Shown here: piece after piece, positions 20,623 through 30,200 of the stretch | How the letters are laid out: each line of letters opens with the position of its first letter | How positions within the stretch are numbered: position 1 is the stretch's first letter | Origin: Myxococcota bacterium | GTDB taxonomy: Bacteria > Myxococcota_A > Polyangia > Polyangiales > Houyiibacteriaceae | NCBI GenBank assembly: GCA_039030515.1 | Contig: JBCCEA010000005.1 | Coordinates: forward strand, 1 to 64,000 | Reading direction: 5' to 3' | Length of the DNA: 64,000 nucleotides | The notes under the pieces: model-generated | Databases searched by the model: none | What the model was told of the DNA's origin: nothing | The model's input: only the letters and a program-made list of their open reading frames with translations | Position numbers and translations under genes: made by a program

Positions 20623-22167
20623 ATGCGACGCCTTCCAACGACCTCTATCTACGACCGCCCACTTCAGGTTGCCCTCGCTTGCGTGGCGCTACTCGGCGCC
20701 TGCAAAGTCACCTCGGACGACATCGAATACTGGAAAGGAACCGTCAAGGGTCCGGGAAAGATCGTCGCGGTAATCCTCACCGACAAGTACCCGATCGAGC
20801 TGCGGACACGTGCGGCTCTCGCGCTCATCGAAATGGAGCCCCGAGACGATGTGAACGGGATCGCGGAACTGCAAAGTGCACTGGGGCGCCTCCCGGAGGA
20901 CGAACAACGCTCGATCATCGAAGGCATGGTCCCCAGTATCGAAGCGCAAATGCGAAGCGGCGAGGAAAACGACTCAGACGACCCGCTGCTGACCGGTCCA
21001 CCTCCACAACAGGTGCGGGCAAAGGATGCCGCCTACCTACTGATTTCCCGATCAGTAGGAGAAACCAAGCAGCGGCTTACCGACGCAGTCGTGGGTTGGT
21101 ATGCGGTGGATTTCAATGGGAGAAACCTCGCAGGAGACTTCAGCGCAGAACAGGTGATCCTCTCTCTCGGCTCGAGAGCAGCCGCAAAGCTTGTCGACGC
21201 CATCCACGCCCAAATGCCTTCTGCGGCCATGGTAAAAATCGCCGAGCTCATCGGGCAGCTTGGGGACCGCGAGACCAAAAAACGTGCGGCTGCACGCCTG
21301 GTTGCTGTCGAAGGAGAGATGAACGGAGAGGCCTATCTCGAGTGGTTGAAAAACGAGATACGCAGCTCTCTTCGTGAGGCGAATCGTGAGATCAACGAGA
21401 GCTCGGTCACCCGTATCGCCACCCTCAACCGGGGCAACTTCATCAAACTCGGCACGCTCGCAGCTATGAAGTATCTCGGCAACGAAGAAGCCGTCGCGAG
21501 CCGCCTCATCGCCCTCTCTGGCCACAAAGAACTCCCTGAGGATCATCGGCGTGCGGCCATCCAGGCCATGGAGGGTAACGCTACCGCCGCACATCTGAAT
21601 GCTTATCTGAACGTTGCCCTGGACGCAGAAAATCCGATTGGCGTCCGTGACGATGCCTTTGATCGAATAAGCGACATCCGAAGCACCGAAGCGATTCCGA
21701 GGCTTTGGCCACTCGCAGAGTCCACAAAGAACGATTTGCTTGAAAAGCGCCTCCGGTGGCGCGCTGCCGAACTGATTCTCTCCGTTGGGGGCATAGGCAT
21801 CATAAGAGAACTCTTCCGTAGGCTTCCCTCGAGCAAGGACGTGCAATACGAGCCGGAAGAGCTGGAGGGTTACGCCACCCGGATGAGCCAGATGACCCCG
21901 CCACCCACGCCACGCGTAATTGCGATGCTTAATTCACGTCTATGGTGGCAGCGAATTATCGCAATACGTTATCTTGAACGTAAGGGTACGGCGCAAGACG
22001 TTGCAAAACTTCAACGCCTGACGAGACAGGGTGAACCGACTGTGGGCGAGGGTTGGAACGACATTAAGACGGTGGGAAAAGCAGCAGAAGCATCTCTAGA
22101 GAGTCTCCGAGAACGACTCGCCCAGCCTGAACCTCGAAGTTCGGAAGCTGGACGGGCATCGCAGTGA
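20623..22167 (+). CDS. HEAT/ARM-like helical-repeat lipoprotein, function unknown
   Basis: ALLGAC lipobox; helical repeat pattern; start placed at ATG 20623 to avoid overlap with ftsK. Confidence 0.7.
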   Translation: MRRLPTTSIYDRPLQVALACVALLGACKVTSDDIEYWKGTVKGPGKIVAVILTDKYPIELRTRAALALIEMEPRDDVNGIAELQSALGRLPEDEQRSIIEGMVPSIEAQMRSGEENDSDDPLLTGPPPQQVRAKDAAYLLISRSVGETKQRLTDAVVGWYAVDFNGRNLAGDFSAEQVILSLGSRAAAKLVDAIHAQMPSAAMVKIAELIGQLGDRETKKRAAARLVAVEGEMNGEAYLEWLKNEIRSSLREANREINESSVTRIATLNRGNFIKLGTLAAMKYLGNEEAVASRLIALSGHKELPEDHRRAAIQAMEGNATAAHLNAYLNVALDAENPIGVRDDAFDRISDIRSTEAIPRLWPLAESTKNDLLEKRLRWRAAELILSVGGIGIIRELFRRLPSSKDVQYEPEELEGYATRMSQMTPPPTPRVIAMLNSRLWWQRIIAIRYLERKGTAQDVAKLQRLTRQGEPTVGEGWNDIKTVGKAAEASLESLRERLAQPEPRSSEAGRASQ

Positions 22168-23189
22168 GCCAAGATCCGAATAAAAAAAAGTTCCGCGGTT
22201 TCCAATGTAGACAGAGGCTATGGGAGCTGTATGAGCAGATGAGTGGCGATCTTGAATGTTCGATCGACTACCTCATCAACGAGGCCATGCGGCAATATGC
22301 ACTTTCACGAAACTACGGCCCGCGTCCTTCCCAGCATTCTTCAGTCGCGCCTGAGATGGGTGGGAACGCGATCCCTCCTTTGGGCGTTCTCCCGGTAGAT
22401 CCTGGCCACGCTGCACCAATTCCGCCAGACGGAAGACAATCGAGCGATCGCTTTGGTCAAGACGATCGCTACGGGCAATACGATGCGATCGAGCCGGGAT
22501 ATGGAGGCTCGAGCCCCGCGCTCGCTGGTCCAAATAGAGCGGAACACCTCGCAAGAGAGAGCTACGGCGCGGGAGCCTATGGAGCAGGCGGTTACGGTCG
22601 AGCTGACTATGGAGCTCCGATCGGATCGGACTCGCAGATGGCACCTCCCTTGCCTCCGAGACCACCGAGTAGCGTTCCAAGCCCCGGCCCCGGCTACGGA
22701 GAACGTTCTAGCTATGGGGGATATGGTGAGGGCTCTACGTATCCCCTACCGCAAACAAACGCACCGCCACCGGGGGGATTCAGTCGTCCGCCACCGCTAA
22801 ACGGAGGCCATCACAAGGGACCTCCAATGCAGAGCCCCGGGATAGACGCGAACCTGCAGAGAGAGCCTCATTTTGGCCATGAAAGGGAATCCGCTCTCGA
22901 CGGCTCGCAACAAAACCTCTTTGTCATCTTCAACGGACAGAAGATCCCGATCACCAAGGAGGAATTCATTATCGGTCGGGGGAGTAAGACTGCTGATTTG
23001 CCGATTAAGGACGGAAACATTTCAAGGCGACATGCCGCGATCGTGTTTCAAGAGGGTCAGTGGTACATCAGAGACCTGGGCAGCACCAATGGCGTCGAGT
23101 TCAGCGGCCATCGAATCGACAGCAAGCGTGTCAACGAGGGCGATATCTTTCAGCTTTGTGACTACGAGTTACGCTTTACCTATCGATAG
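22164..23189 (+). CDS. Ribbon-helix-helix-like N-terminus + Pro/Gly-rich linker + FHA domain
   Basis: IIGRG..ISRRHA..DLGSTNG FHA signature; N-terminal LWELYEQMS..SIDYLINEAMRQY. Confidence 0.85.
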   Translation: MSQDPNKKKFRGFQCRQRLWELYEQMSGDLECSIDYLINEAMRQYALSRNYGPRPSQHSSVAPEMGGNAIPPLGVLPVDPGHAAPIPPDGRQSSDRFGQDDRYGQYDAIEPGYGGSSPALAGPNRAEHLARESYGAGAYGAGGYGRADYGAPIGSDSQMAPPLPPRPPSSVPSPGPGYGERSSYGGYGEGSTYPLPQTNAPPPGGFSRPPPLNGGHHKGPPMQSPGIDANLQREPHFGHERESALDGSQQNLFVIFNGQKIPITKEEFIIGRGSKTADLPIKDGNISRRHAAIVFQEGQWYIRDLGSTNGVEFSGHRIDSKRVNEGDIFQLCDYELRFTYR

Positions 23190-23234
23190 GCGGGCTTTGC
23201 CTGCTCCAGGCGGACGAGCGGTAAAGGAGGTACC

Positions 23235-24071
23235 ATGGCAGCTGCGAGTGCGTCGCTGAGGATCAAGCGCTGCTCGGTAGGTGTATTGGGAACGCGCTTC
23301 GTATTTCTAGTCAAAATGGGCTTGCTCTCGCTCCTAGCTTCTCGAGCAGGCATCGCACAGGCCCCCGCCGGGCGAGAACACGCAAGACAGCAAAACAGCG
23401 ATTGGCCGGCTGGCGACTCGCAAACTAGCCAACCCGGTTCCCCAGCGCGCAATGAGTCGGGCCCTGAAGTGAGCCCGGAGTCCGCAATAGAACTCCCGAT
23501 CGCGCCATCCTTAGCATCGATCGCGCTACCCCTAGAGTCGGTCGCGCCCCCATTGGCCTATGAACATCCCCCAGATGTGCCTGCACTTCGCGATCGACTG
23601 CTTCGACTTCGGCAGCAAACCGCGTCAGGAGAGCTCCAAGCTGGCGCTTCCTCGTCCGAGACCCTGCGCGACTCAGGCGAGACCCTCGGCGACTCAGGCG
23701 AGACCCTCCGCGACTCAAGGGAGCGAACCGACTCAAGGGAGCAAGCGGGCCCAAACTCCATTGAAGGCATTTTGAAGCACGCCGAACGTGCCTTGCAGAC
23801 CGCAGAGGACGTTCAGAATTCGGCGGCCGTCCGTCATCGAGCGCTTCGAATCGCATGGGCAGCACTGCTCCTCGCGGACAACAAACAGGACCGATTGCGC
23901 GCGGAAAAACACCTCGAGGAAGTACGGCACGCCCTTCGGTCGGTGCGAGATCGGGCAGCGCTTCAGCAAAGCCGCTTAGAGGCAGTCCAGCGGGCCCAGC
24001 AAGCCGCACCTGAGTTCTCCGAGTCGCCTGAGCCGAGACCTACGCCCGGTAGGAGGTCTGTTCGACCATGA
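23235..24071 (+). CDS. Hypothetical exported coiled-coil protein
   Basis: Hydrophobic N-terminal segment, low-complexity middle with 21-bp repeats, helical C-terminus; overlaps next gene. Confidence 0.55.
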   Translation: MAAASASLRIKRCSVGVLGTRFVFLVKMGLLSLLASRAGIAQAPAGREHARQQNSDWPAGDSQTSQPGSPARNESGPEVSPESAIELPIAPSLASIALPLESVAPPLAYEHPPDVPALRDRLLRLRQQTASGELQAGASSSETLRDSGETLGDSGETLRDSRERTDSREQAGPNSIEGILKHAERALQTAEDVQNSAAVRHRALRIAWAALLLADNKQDRLRAEKHLEEVRHALRSVRDRAALQQSRLEAVQRAQQAAPEFSESPEPRPTPGRRSVRP

Positions 24072-25201
24072 GCCGTATTCTGATGCCAGGTCTTAAAACG
24101 AGCCTGATACTTCTATGCGCATGCGCCGGTACACGAACAGAAACCTCGGAATCGATGGATCTTTGGCTTCTTCCTCAGCGCTCCACGACCGCGAATCGAG
24201 TAGCTCCGGAATTACTCAGGGCAGCAGCACTCGCCCATGCTTCGGCGAAGGCGGCTCGAAGCGTGGGCGATCACGAAGCAACCAGAGACCACGAGACCAC
24301 GTGGCGACTTCTGCTGAATGCCGCAGACGAGCGAGCGCGAAAGGCGGAGGTCGAGGCTACCACCAGAGAGCACATGGAACAGATCGAGCGTCATACCCTA
24401 CAAGCCGAGCGTGACAGGCGAGCCGCTCATGCGGTCGAGCAGGAAATGAAGCGCGAACTGGCCGCAAAGCTCGCTCAGGAGCAGGCCAAAATCGCATTCC
24501 AAGCGGCCATGCAGGAAGAGAATTTCCGCAGTCGAAATCGGACTGAAGAGCGTGACCGACTCCACCGGGAGGCAGCCGAATTCATCGTCCAAAGGACCCG
24601 AGTGACGCTTGCCGTAGCGCGTGCCCTCGGAGCCAAACCGGACGAAGTGCATGCAATACGCGAGCAGATCATCTCGATCGAACGCCGCTCGAACCAAGCC
24701 GCGGCAGAAGCACTTCGTTCGGCCCATCAAATTTTATTCGAGGCCGAAACACTGCTGGGCCAAGCGCGACTTCAAGACGCAGTGGATCCGGAACCCGTCC
24801 ACAGCCTCCGCGCAGCATGTCGGGAGGCTTCTTTTCCATGTGCTCAGCAGCCTCAGGGATTTGCGATTCGTCCGGCTTCGCTCTTTTCAACAGGCACACG
24901 ACTGCAGCGAGGAGCTTTATTGCGGCTTGCCGGTATCATCGCCAGCCATCCCATCGGACCCGTTCTGATCGAAGTAGGCGGCAGGGTCCAAGGGGCAAGA
25001 CGCCGCCTGAGGCGCATCATCCATGACCTTTCAGAGCTGGGAATCGACGCGGCGCGTCTTCACGGCCATGTCGAGGCCGGACCGAGAGGCGTCGCTTTTA
25101 TCTTTACGAGATATTACGCCCTATCCGAGCAACACAGCAGCCCGCAGGGCACGGTCCAAGACGACGCGGTTCCACAGGACCCCGATCTGGTTCAGGAATG
25201 A
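24068..25201 (+). CDS. Coiled-coil lipoprotein with a degenerate OmpA-like C-terminus
   Basis: LLCAC signal; long Ala/Glu/Arg helices; LF..G..L..LA....HP..PVLIEV..LGIDAARL resembles OmpA_C. Confidence 0.55.
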   Translation: MSRILMPGLKTSLILLCACAGTRTETSESMDLWLLPQRSTTANRVAPELLRAAALAHASAKAARSVGDHEATRDHETTWRLLLNAADERARKAEVEATTREHMEQIERHTLQAERDRRAAHAVEQEMKRELAAKLAQEQAKIAFQAAMQEENFRSRNRTEERDRLHREAAEFIVQRTRVTLAVARALGAKPDEVHAIREQIISIERRSNQAAAEALRSAHQILFEAETLLGQARLQDAVDPEPVHSLRAACREASFPCAQQPQGFAIRPASLFSTGTRLQRGALLRLAGIIASHPIGPVLIEVGGRVQGARRRLRRIIHDLSELGIDAARLHGHVEAGPRGVAFIFTRYYALSEQHSSPQGTVQDDAVPQDPDLVQE

Positions 25202-26109
25202 CCAACGCCTAGGTAAAGGAGCAAAACGATCGAGGTCCCCCAAAGAGCGAGGTTGGCTAGAAACGGGGGGTCTTTCAGCATCTCCTCCGTTGGACTTTCC
25301 GCTTGAGGTCGACTTCGAACGAGGTGATGAAAGCGGAGCACCCCGAACAGGGTGAAGACGGTAGTCGCAACCAGATAGTCGGTGCCGAAGGTGTCCCGCG
25401 TATCGCTGTCCAAAGCGTAGGTCGCGTAAAGAAGCACCGTGCCCATCGAAGTCACGAAGAGCAGCGCATCGACCACGCCCATATCGTACGCCTGCAGTAC
25501 CGAGCGCCGTTTCGCTGCACCGCTGCCCTGCGCCAATTCGTGGCGGCGCTTACCGAATCCAAGAAAAAGGGCGAGCGCGAAAGTGACGAGCGCCAGATAG
25601 ACGCTGGGCACAACCGGAGCCGCAAAGGCTCCGCCGAGGACCCTCAGTTCAAAACCGGCTGCAATAGAAAGCACATCTAAGTAGGCGATGCGCTTCAGGC
25701 GGAGAGAATAGGCTAGATTCAAAAGAAGATAGCCAGAGACCGACGCGAAAAAAAATGGCCCCAGGATCAGACTTGCCGACAAGACGATGAAAGAAAGAAG
25801 CGCTACGGCCGCTCGAGCCACCGGCAGCGAAACCAACCCGCTTGGAATGGGTCGATTGCGCTTGATCGGATGCGCGCGATCCGACTCGACGTCCTGTATG
25901 TCGTTGAAGATGTAGACGGCACTAGAGGCGAGACAGAACAGCAGAAACGCCATCAACACGCGACCTGCTTTGTCGAAGTTCAGCAACTCTCGAGAGAAAA
26001 CGAGCGGCAGAAGCACGAATAGGTTCTTCACCCATTGGTGGGGCCGCATCGTGCGCAACACGCCGGACAGCACCGCATGAAGGTGACTTAATTGCCCTAG
26101 CTTGGCCAT
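25192..26109 (-). CDS. UbiA-family decaprenyl-phosphate phosphoribosyltransferase-like protein
   Basis: RPHQWVKN, YIFNDIQDVESDRAHPIKRNRPI, YLDVLSIAAGFELR, KRRHEL. Confidence 0.9.
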   Translation of the reverse strand: MAKLGQLSHLHAVLSGVLRTMRPHQWVKNLFVLLPLVFSRELLNFDKAGRVLMAFLLFCLASSAVYIFNDIQDVESDRAHPIKRNRPIPSGLVSLPVARAAVALLSFIVLSASLILGPFFFASVSGYLLLNLAYSLRLKRIAYLDVLSIAAGFELRVLGGAFAAPVVPSVYLALVTFALALFLGFGKRRHELAQGSGAAKRRSVLQAYDMGVVDALLFVTSMGTVLLYATYALDSDTRDTFGTDYLVATTVFTLFGVLRFHHLVRSRPQAESPTEEMLKDPPFLANLALWGTSIVLLLYLGVGHS

Positions 26110-26331
26110 CACAACCCTCAAACGCCTTTGAAGTCCGGTGTCGTTCGGACCAAGCCGGTTGGCTTACGAACCGATCGCGCTGCGCCGCCATCTTTCGCTT
26201 TAGGCCCCAACCACGCATCGGGAGCCCTTGTCGCGCGTTTCGACGGGAACTAGCGTAGCCTATCGACACTCAGGGTTGCGGTCTCGATATTTCGTGTCTC
26301 CGCACATCTGTCGATCGGAAACGAGTGCAAC

Positions 26332-29300
26332 GTGCCCGGCCAAACTGCAGCAGCCCCAAAAGACTTCGTGCAAACCCTATTCTTCGCGCTCGGGCTCGTA
26401 CTTCTCGTGAGCGAGCAGAGTTTGGGTCAGGCCGATCTGGACGACCGCCCAACCTACGCGGAGCTGTCCGCGGCCCAGCATACCGCGGAGGCGATCGCAC
26501 GAGGGCGGCGCGCCGAAGGGCTTCTGCCGATACTCGAGCTGTACCGAAACTGGGATCGCGTCGACCCGGCGATCACGCGCCGCGAACTCGAAAGACTCGC
26601 GACCGAGCGCAGGCTTCCGAGCTTGCTGCGCGCTTACGTTGGCGCACTGCTGGCGCGAGCAGATATCCGAGATGGAGCGGTAGAGGTCGCAAATGAACGG
26701 ATCCGAGACCTCGGCTACGTCACCAGCTTTCGCATGGTTGGCCCCTTCGACAACGAGGGCAAACGCGGGTATGCGCGAATCTACGGGCCCGAACGGGAGC
26801 CTGCAGAACCACCCGACCTGCGTGCGTCTTTTAGGGGTAAAGATCGGGAGGTCTCGTGGCGTCCGATGCCCAAGCGAGCACTGCTGGGCTATGTCGATCT
26901 CGACGCGCCGATGCGTCCCAACGCCGATGTTTGTGGCTACGCTGAAACGGTCATCCACAGCGATCGCGCCCGGCCGCTCACCCTTTGGTTTGGGGGTGGA
27001 GGCGCCTTTCGGATGTACTGGAACGGACGCGAAGTTCTCTCCGACAACGGCTATCGGAGCTTCCCCGATCCCGATCGGCAAGTCGCGACCGCATTCGCAA
27101 ACGCAGGCCCAAATCGTCTGCTGATCAAGAGTTGCGTGGCCGCGACGACCTGGGGATTCTTCCTCCGAATCGGAGATGCAAGGGGCGCCCCGACATCTGG
27201 CTGGAGCGCAGACGCTCAGAGCGCTCCTCCAATCTCAATGCAGCCACAAGGCCGGGTTCCGGCAGCTCCCGCCACTCCGCTACGCGCTCTCGAAGAGGCC
27301 GCAAACCTCGAAAACGCGAAGGCAGGCGCATTCTTCGATCTTGCCCGTTTTCTCGCATACACCGGCGCAGACGATCCCGCAGAGCATCGCGCCTACCAGC
27401 TGGCGCGGCGCGCTTTTGACCTCGAGCCCACGGTCAAGCACGCCGCGCTTGCCGCTCGTTTGGCAACGCATCGTGGACAACAGACGGTGCTTGCCGAACG
27501 CGCACTCCGGCTCGAGCCCAACTCCCCCGAGACCGCGCTTTTGAACGCCCAAGTGCACATGGGCTCCCCTAGCCCGGAGGACGCCTTGCCGTGGCTCGAT
27601 CAAATTCACGATCAGGCGCCACAGGCCCTGGACGCAGCGATCTTACGCAGCGAGATCTACCACCGCCTGGAGCTCGGCAACACCGCGCTAGCGACCCTCG
27701 AGCAGGCCCTAGAGGTTCAACCCAACTCCCGCCTGCTGCTGGAAGCTGCCGCAGATAGGGCCGCAACAGCAGGTCGATCCGATAGAGCGATCGCGTTGCG
27801 AAAGCGGGTCGTGGCCGTTCGCTACGACGCCGTAGAATCGAGACGGGCGCTCATCAGCGATGCTTTGCACCGAGGTGAATCTGCAATCGTTGAACAGCAC
27901 ATCGACGCCCTCCGGAAACTTACTCCGGCAAGCAGCACCGAGTTTCGCTACCTCGCACGAGTTTACGAATCCTTAGGAAACACCTCAGAAGCGCTCGAAC
28001 TGCTTTCGGCTGCACTGCAGATCGCCCCTTTCGATGCTGAAACATGGGTAGCGGAAGGCAGACTCCTCCTTCGATCGGGTCGCTCTGATGCCGCCGCAAA
28101 CGCTCTTCGGCGCGCGCTCACGATCCGGCCGCAAGACCCGGGCACCCGTGAGCTCCTCGAACAGCTCCGGCCCGAACCTCGCGAGGACGAGGCATACAAA
28201 ATCGGTATGGAAGCCCTGCTTGCACGAAAGCACACCACTTTGAGCGCCGCCGATACGGAGTATCCCAGCACGATCCTGCAAAACCTGACCGTCAACACCG
28301 TGTATGAGAACGGTCTGAGCTCGAGCTTTCGCCAAATCGCAGCTCAAATCCACGACGACGAGGGCGCGCGGCAATGGCGAACCTACTCGATTCCCTTCGA
28401 GCCGGGCTCAGAACGCGTGGAGGTACGCGAAGCGCGGGTACTGCGAAGCAACGGGGAAGTTCTCGAGTCCCTACGCATCTTCGAGCAACCGCTGGGAGAG
28501 CCTTGGTACCGAATTTACTACGACACCAGAGCGCTCGTGGTGGCCTTTCCCGATCTTTCTGCAGGAGACGTGATCGAAATACAGTACCGCCTCGACGACA
28601 TCGCCCACCGCAACCTTTTCGCAGACTACTACGGCGATCTGCACTTCCTCGGTGGCGTCCACCCCACCCAGCATGTGGACTACGTCCTGATCACGCCAAG
28701 CTCGAGGAACTTCTACTTCAACTCACCCGATCTACCGGGCCTCGAGCATCGTCAACATATCGAGGACGGCACACGCATCGATCACTTTCGAGCAAGCCAA
28801 ATCCCAGCACTAAAGCCCGAGGAGGGAATGCCGGGCAGAACCGAGGTTGCTCCCTTCCTCCACGTGTCGACCTACCTGAACTGGGCAGACGTCGGACGAT
28901 GGTACTGGGGACTCGTCAAGGATCAGCTGTACGCAGACGAGTCCCTCAAACGAACGGTGCAGGAGCTGGTTGGCGACACCGAAGACCTGAGCCTTCGGGT
29001 TCAACGTATTCAGCACTGGGTGGTACAAAACACGCGCTACGTCGGACTCGAGTTCGGAATCCACGGCTACAAACCGTATCGCGTTCCAGAGATCGTCCAG
29101 CGTGGCTTTGGTGACTGCAAAGACAAAGCTTCCCTGCTGGTGACCATGCTGCGAGAGGCCGGCATCGAGGCAGAGTTGGTCCTCGTGCGTACCCGCCGCA
29201 ACGGGGAGATCGACCCGCTGCCGGCATCCCTTGCCATTTTCGACCACGCGATCGCCTACGTACCCGCACTGGAGCTCTATATCGACGGCACTGCAGAGCA

Positions 29301-30033
29301 CAGCGGCATGCGGGAGCTGCCGCAGATGGACCAGGGCGTTGCCGTGCTGCACGTCGGTCCCGCCGGGGCTGAGCTCCGTCGCAGTCCGGTGCTGGGCCCG
29401 CAGCACAACCGTCGCGAGCGCCAAATGCACATCAGGCTTGACGCTGACGGCGCAGCACAGGTCAGCGTATCGGAGGAAATCGTGGGCGCTCAGGCCTCGT
29501 CGATGCGCCATCGCTACCAGGCGGAAGGTTCTCGTAGCGAGCGATGGGAGCGTGCGATGCGTTCGCTTTTTCCGGGGCTGAACCTGACGCGGGTCGATAT
29601 GGAGGGCACCGGGGACCTCGAGGGCCCAATCAAAGTCCGCTATGAAGCGATCGTTCCCCAGCTGGCGACGCAGGACGGCGAAACCCTGCGCATGCCTCTT
29701 TCCGTACTGGGTGACCTCAGCGCGAGCCTCGCCCGCGTCCGGCAAAGAACCCACCCCTTGGACTTGGGCGGGACGTCACACTACGCCGAAATCCGCACAG
29801 TCCACCTCCCTTCGAGCAGCGAGATCACCGAACTACCCGAGGCTGGAGTGGCCCAGAGTGTGTTCGGCAGCCTGACCCTTGAAGTCGAAAAAACAGACGA
29901 GCTCATCGAGACGCGGGTCGAACTGATCATCGCTAGAGACCGAATCTCCTCCGCGGAGTATCCGGCCTTCCGAACGTGGATCGAATCCGCCGACCGCTTG
30001 CTGCGGCAACGCGTCGCTATCGAGATGCACTAA
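26332..30033 (+). CDS. TPR + DUF3857 + transglutaminase-like protein with intact C-H-D triad
   Basis: TPR-like helices; GDVIEIQY; NTRYVGLEFG..GFGDCKDKA; FDHAIAY; IDGT. Confidence 0.88.
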   Translation: MPGQTAAAPKDFVQTLFFALGLVLLVSEQSLGQADLDDRPTYAELSAAQHTAEAIARGRRAEGLLPILELYRNWDRVDPAITRRELERLATERRLPSLLRAYVGALLARADIRDGAVEVANERIRDLGYVTSFRMVGPFDNEGKRGYARIYGPEREPAEPPDLRASFRGKDREVSWRPMPKRALLGYVDLDAPMRPNADVCGYAETVIHSDRARPLTLWFGGGGAFRMYWNGREVLSDNGYRSFPDPDRQVATAFANAGPNRLLIKSCVAATTWGFFLRIGDARGAPTSGWSADAQSAPPISMQPQGRVPAAPATPLRALEEAANLENAKAGAFFDLARFLAYTGADDPAEHRAYQLARRAFDLEPTVKHAALAARLATHRGQQTVLAERALRLEPNSPETALLNAQVHMGSPSPEDALPWLDQIHDQAPQALDAAILRSEIYHRLELGNTALATLEQALEVQPNSRLLLEAAADRAATAGRSDRAIALRKRVVAVRYDAVESRRALISDALHRGESAIVEQHIDALRKLTPASSTEFRYLARVYESLGNTSEALELLSAALQIAPFDAETWVAEGRLLLRSGRSDAAANALRRALTIRPQDPGTRELLEQLRPEPREDEAYKIGMEALLARKHTTLSAADTEYPSTILQNLTVNTVYENGLSSSFRQIAAQIHDDEGARQWRTYSIPFEPGSERVEVREARVLRSNGEVLESLRIFEQPLGEPWYRIYYDTRALVVAFPDLSAGDVIEIQYRLDDIAHRNLFADYYGDLHFLGGVHPTQHVDYVLITPSSRNFYFNSPDLPGLEHRQHIEDGTRIDHFRASQIPALKPEEGMPGRTEVAPFLHVSTYLNWADVGRWYWGLVKDQLYADESLKRTVQELVGDTEDLSLRVQRIQHWVVQNTRYVGLEFGIHGYKPYRVPEIVQRGFGDCKDKASLLVTMLREAGIEAELVLVRTRRNGEIDPLPASLAIFDHAIAYVPALELYIDGTAEHSGMRELPQMDQGVAVLHVGPAGAELRRSPVLGPQHNRRERQMHIRLDADGAAQVSVSEEIVGAQASSMRHRYQAEGSRSERWERAMRSLFPGLNLTRVDMEGTGDLEGPIKVRYEAIVPQLATQDGETLRMPLSVLGDLSASLARVRQRTHPLDLGGTSHYAEIRTVHLPSSSEITELPEAGVAQSVFGSLTLEVEKTDELIETRVELIIARDRISSAEYPAFRTWIESADRLLRQRVAIEMH

Positions 30034-30200
30034 ATCATGAGGTATGCTTGCTAGGCTTTCAGTATAGGTACACGTCGTTGCGTTCAAAACGCAATAACCA
30101 TGCATCACGAAAAGCCGACGATGCATCGTCCGGAGTTTCAGCGCTGCGACGAGTGCTGACGATCATGCAGCGGCCGAGGGTCATGCAGCGGCTCACGATC

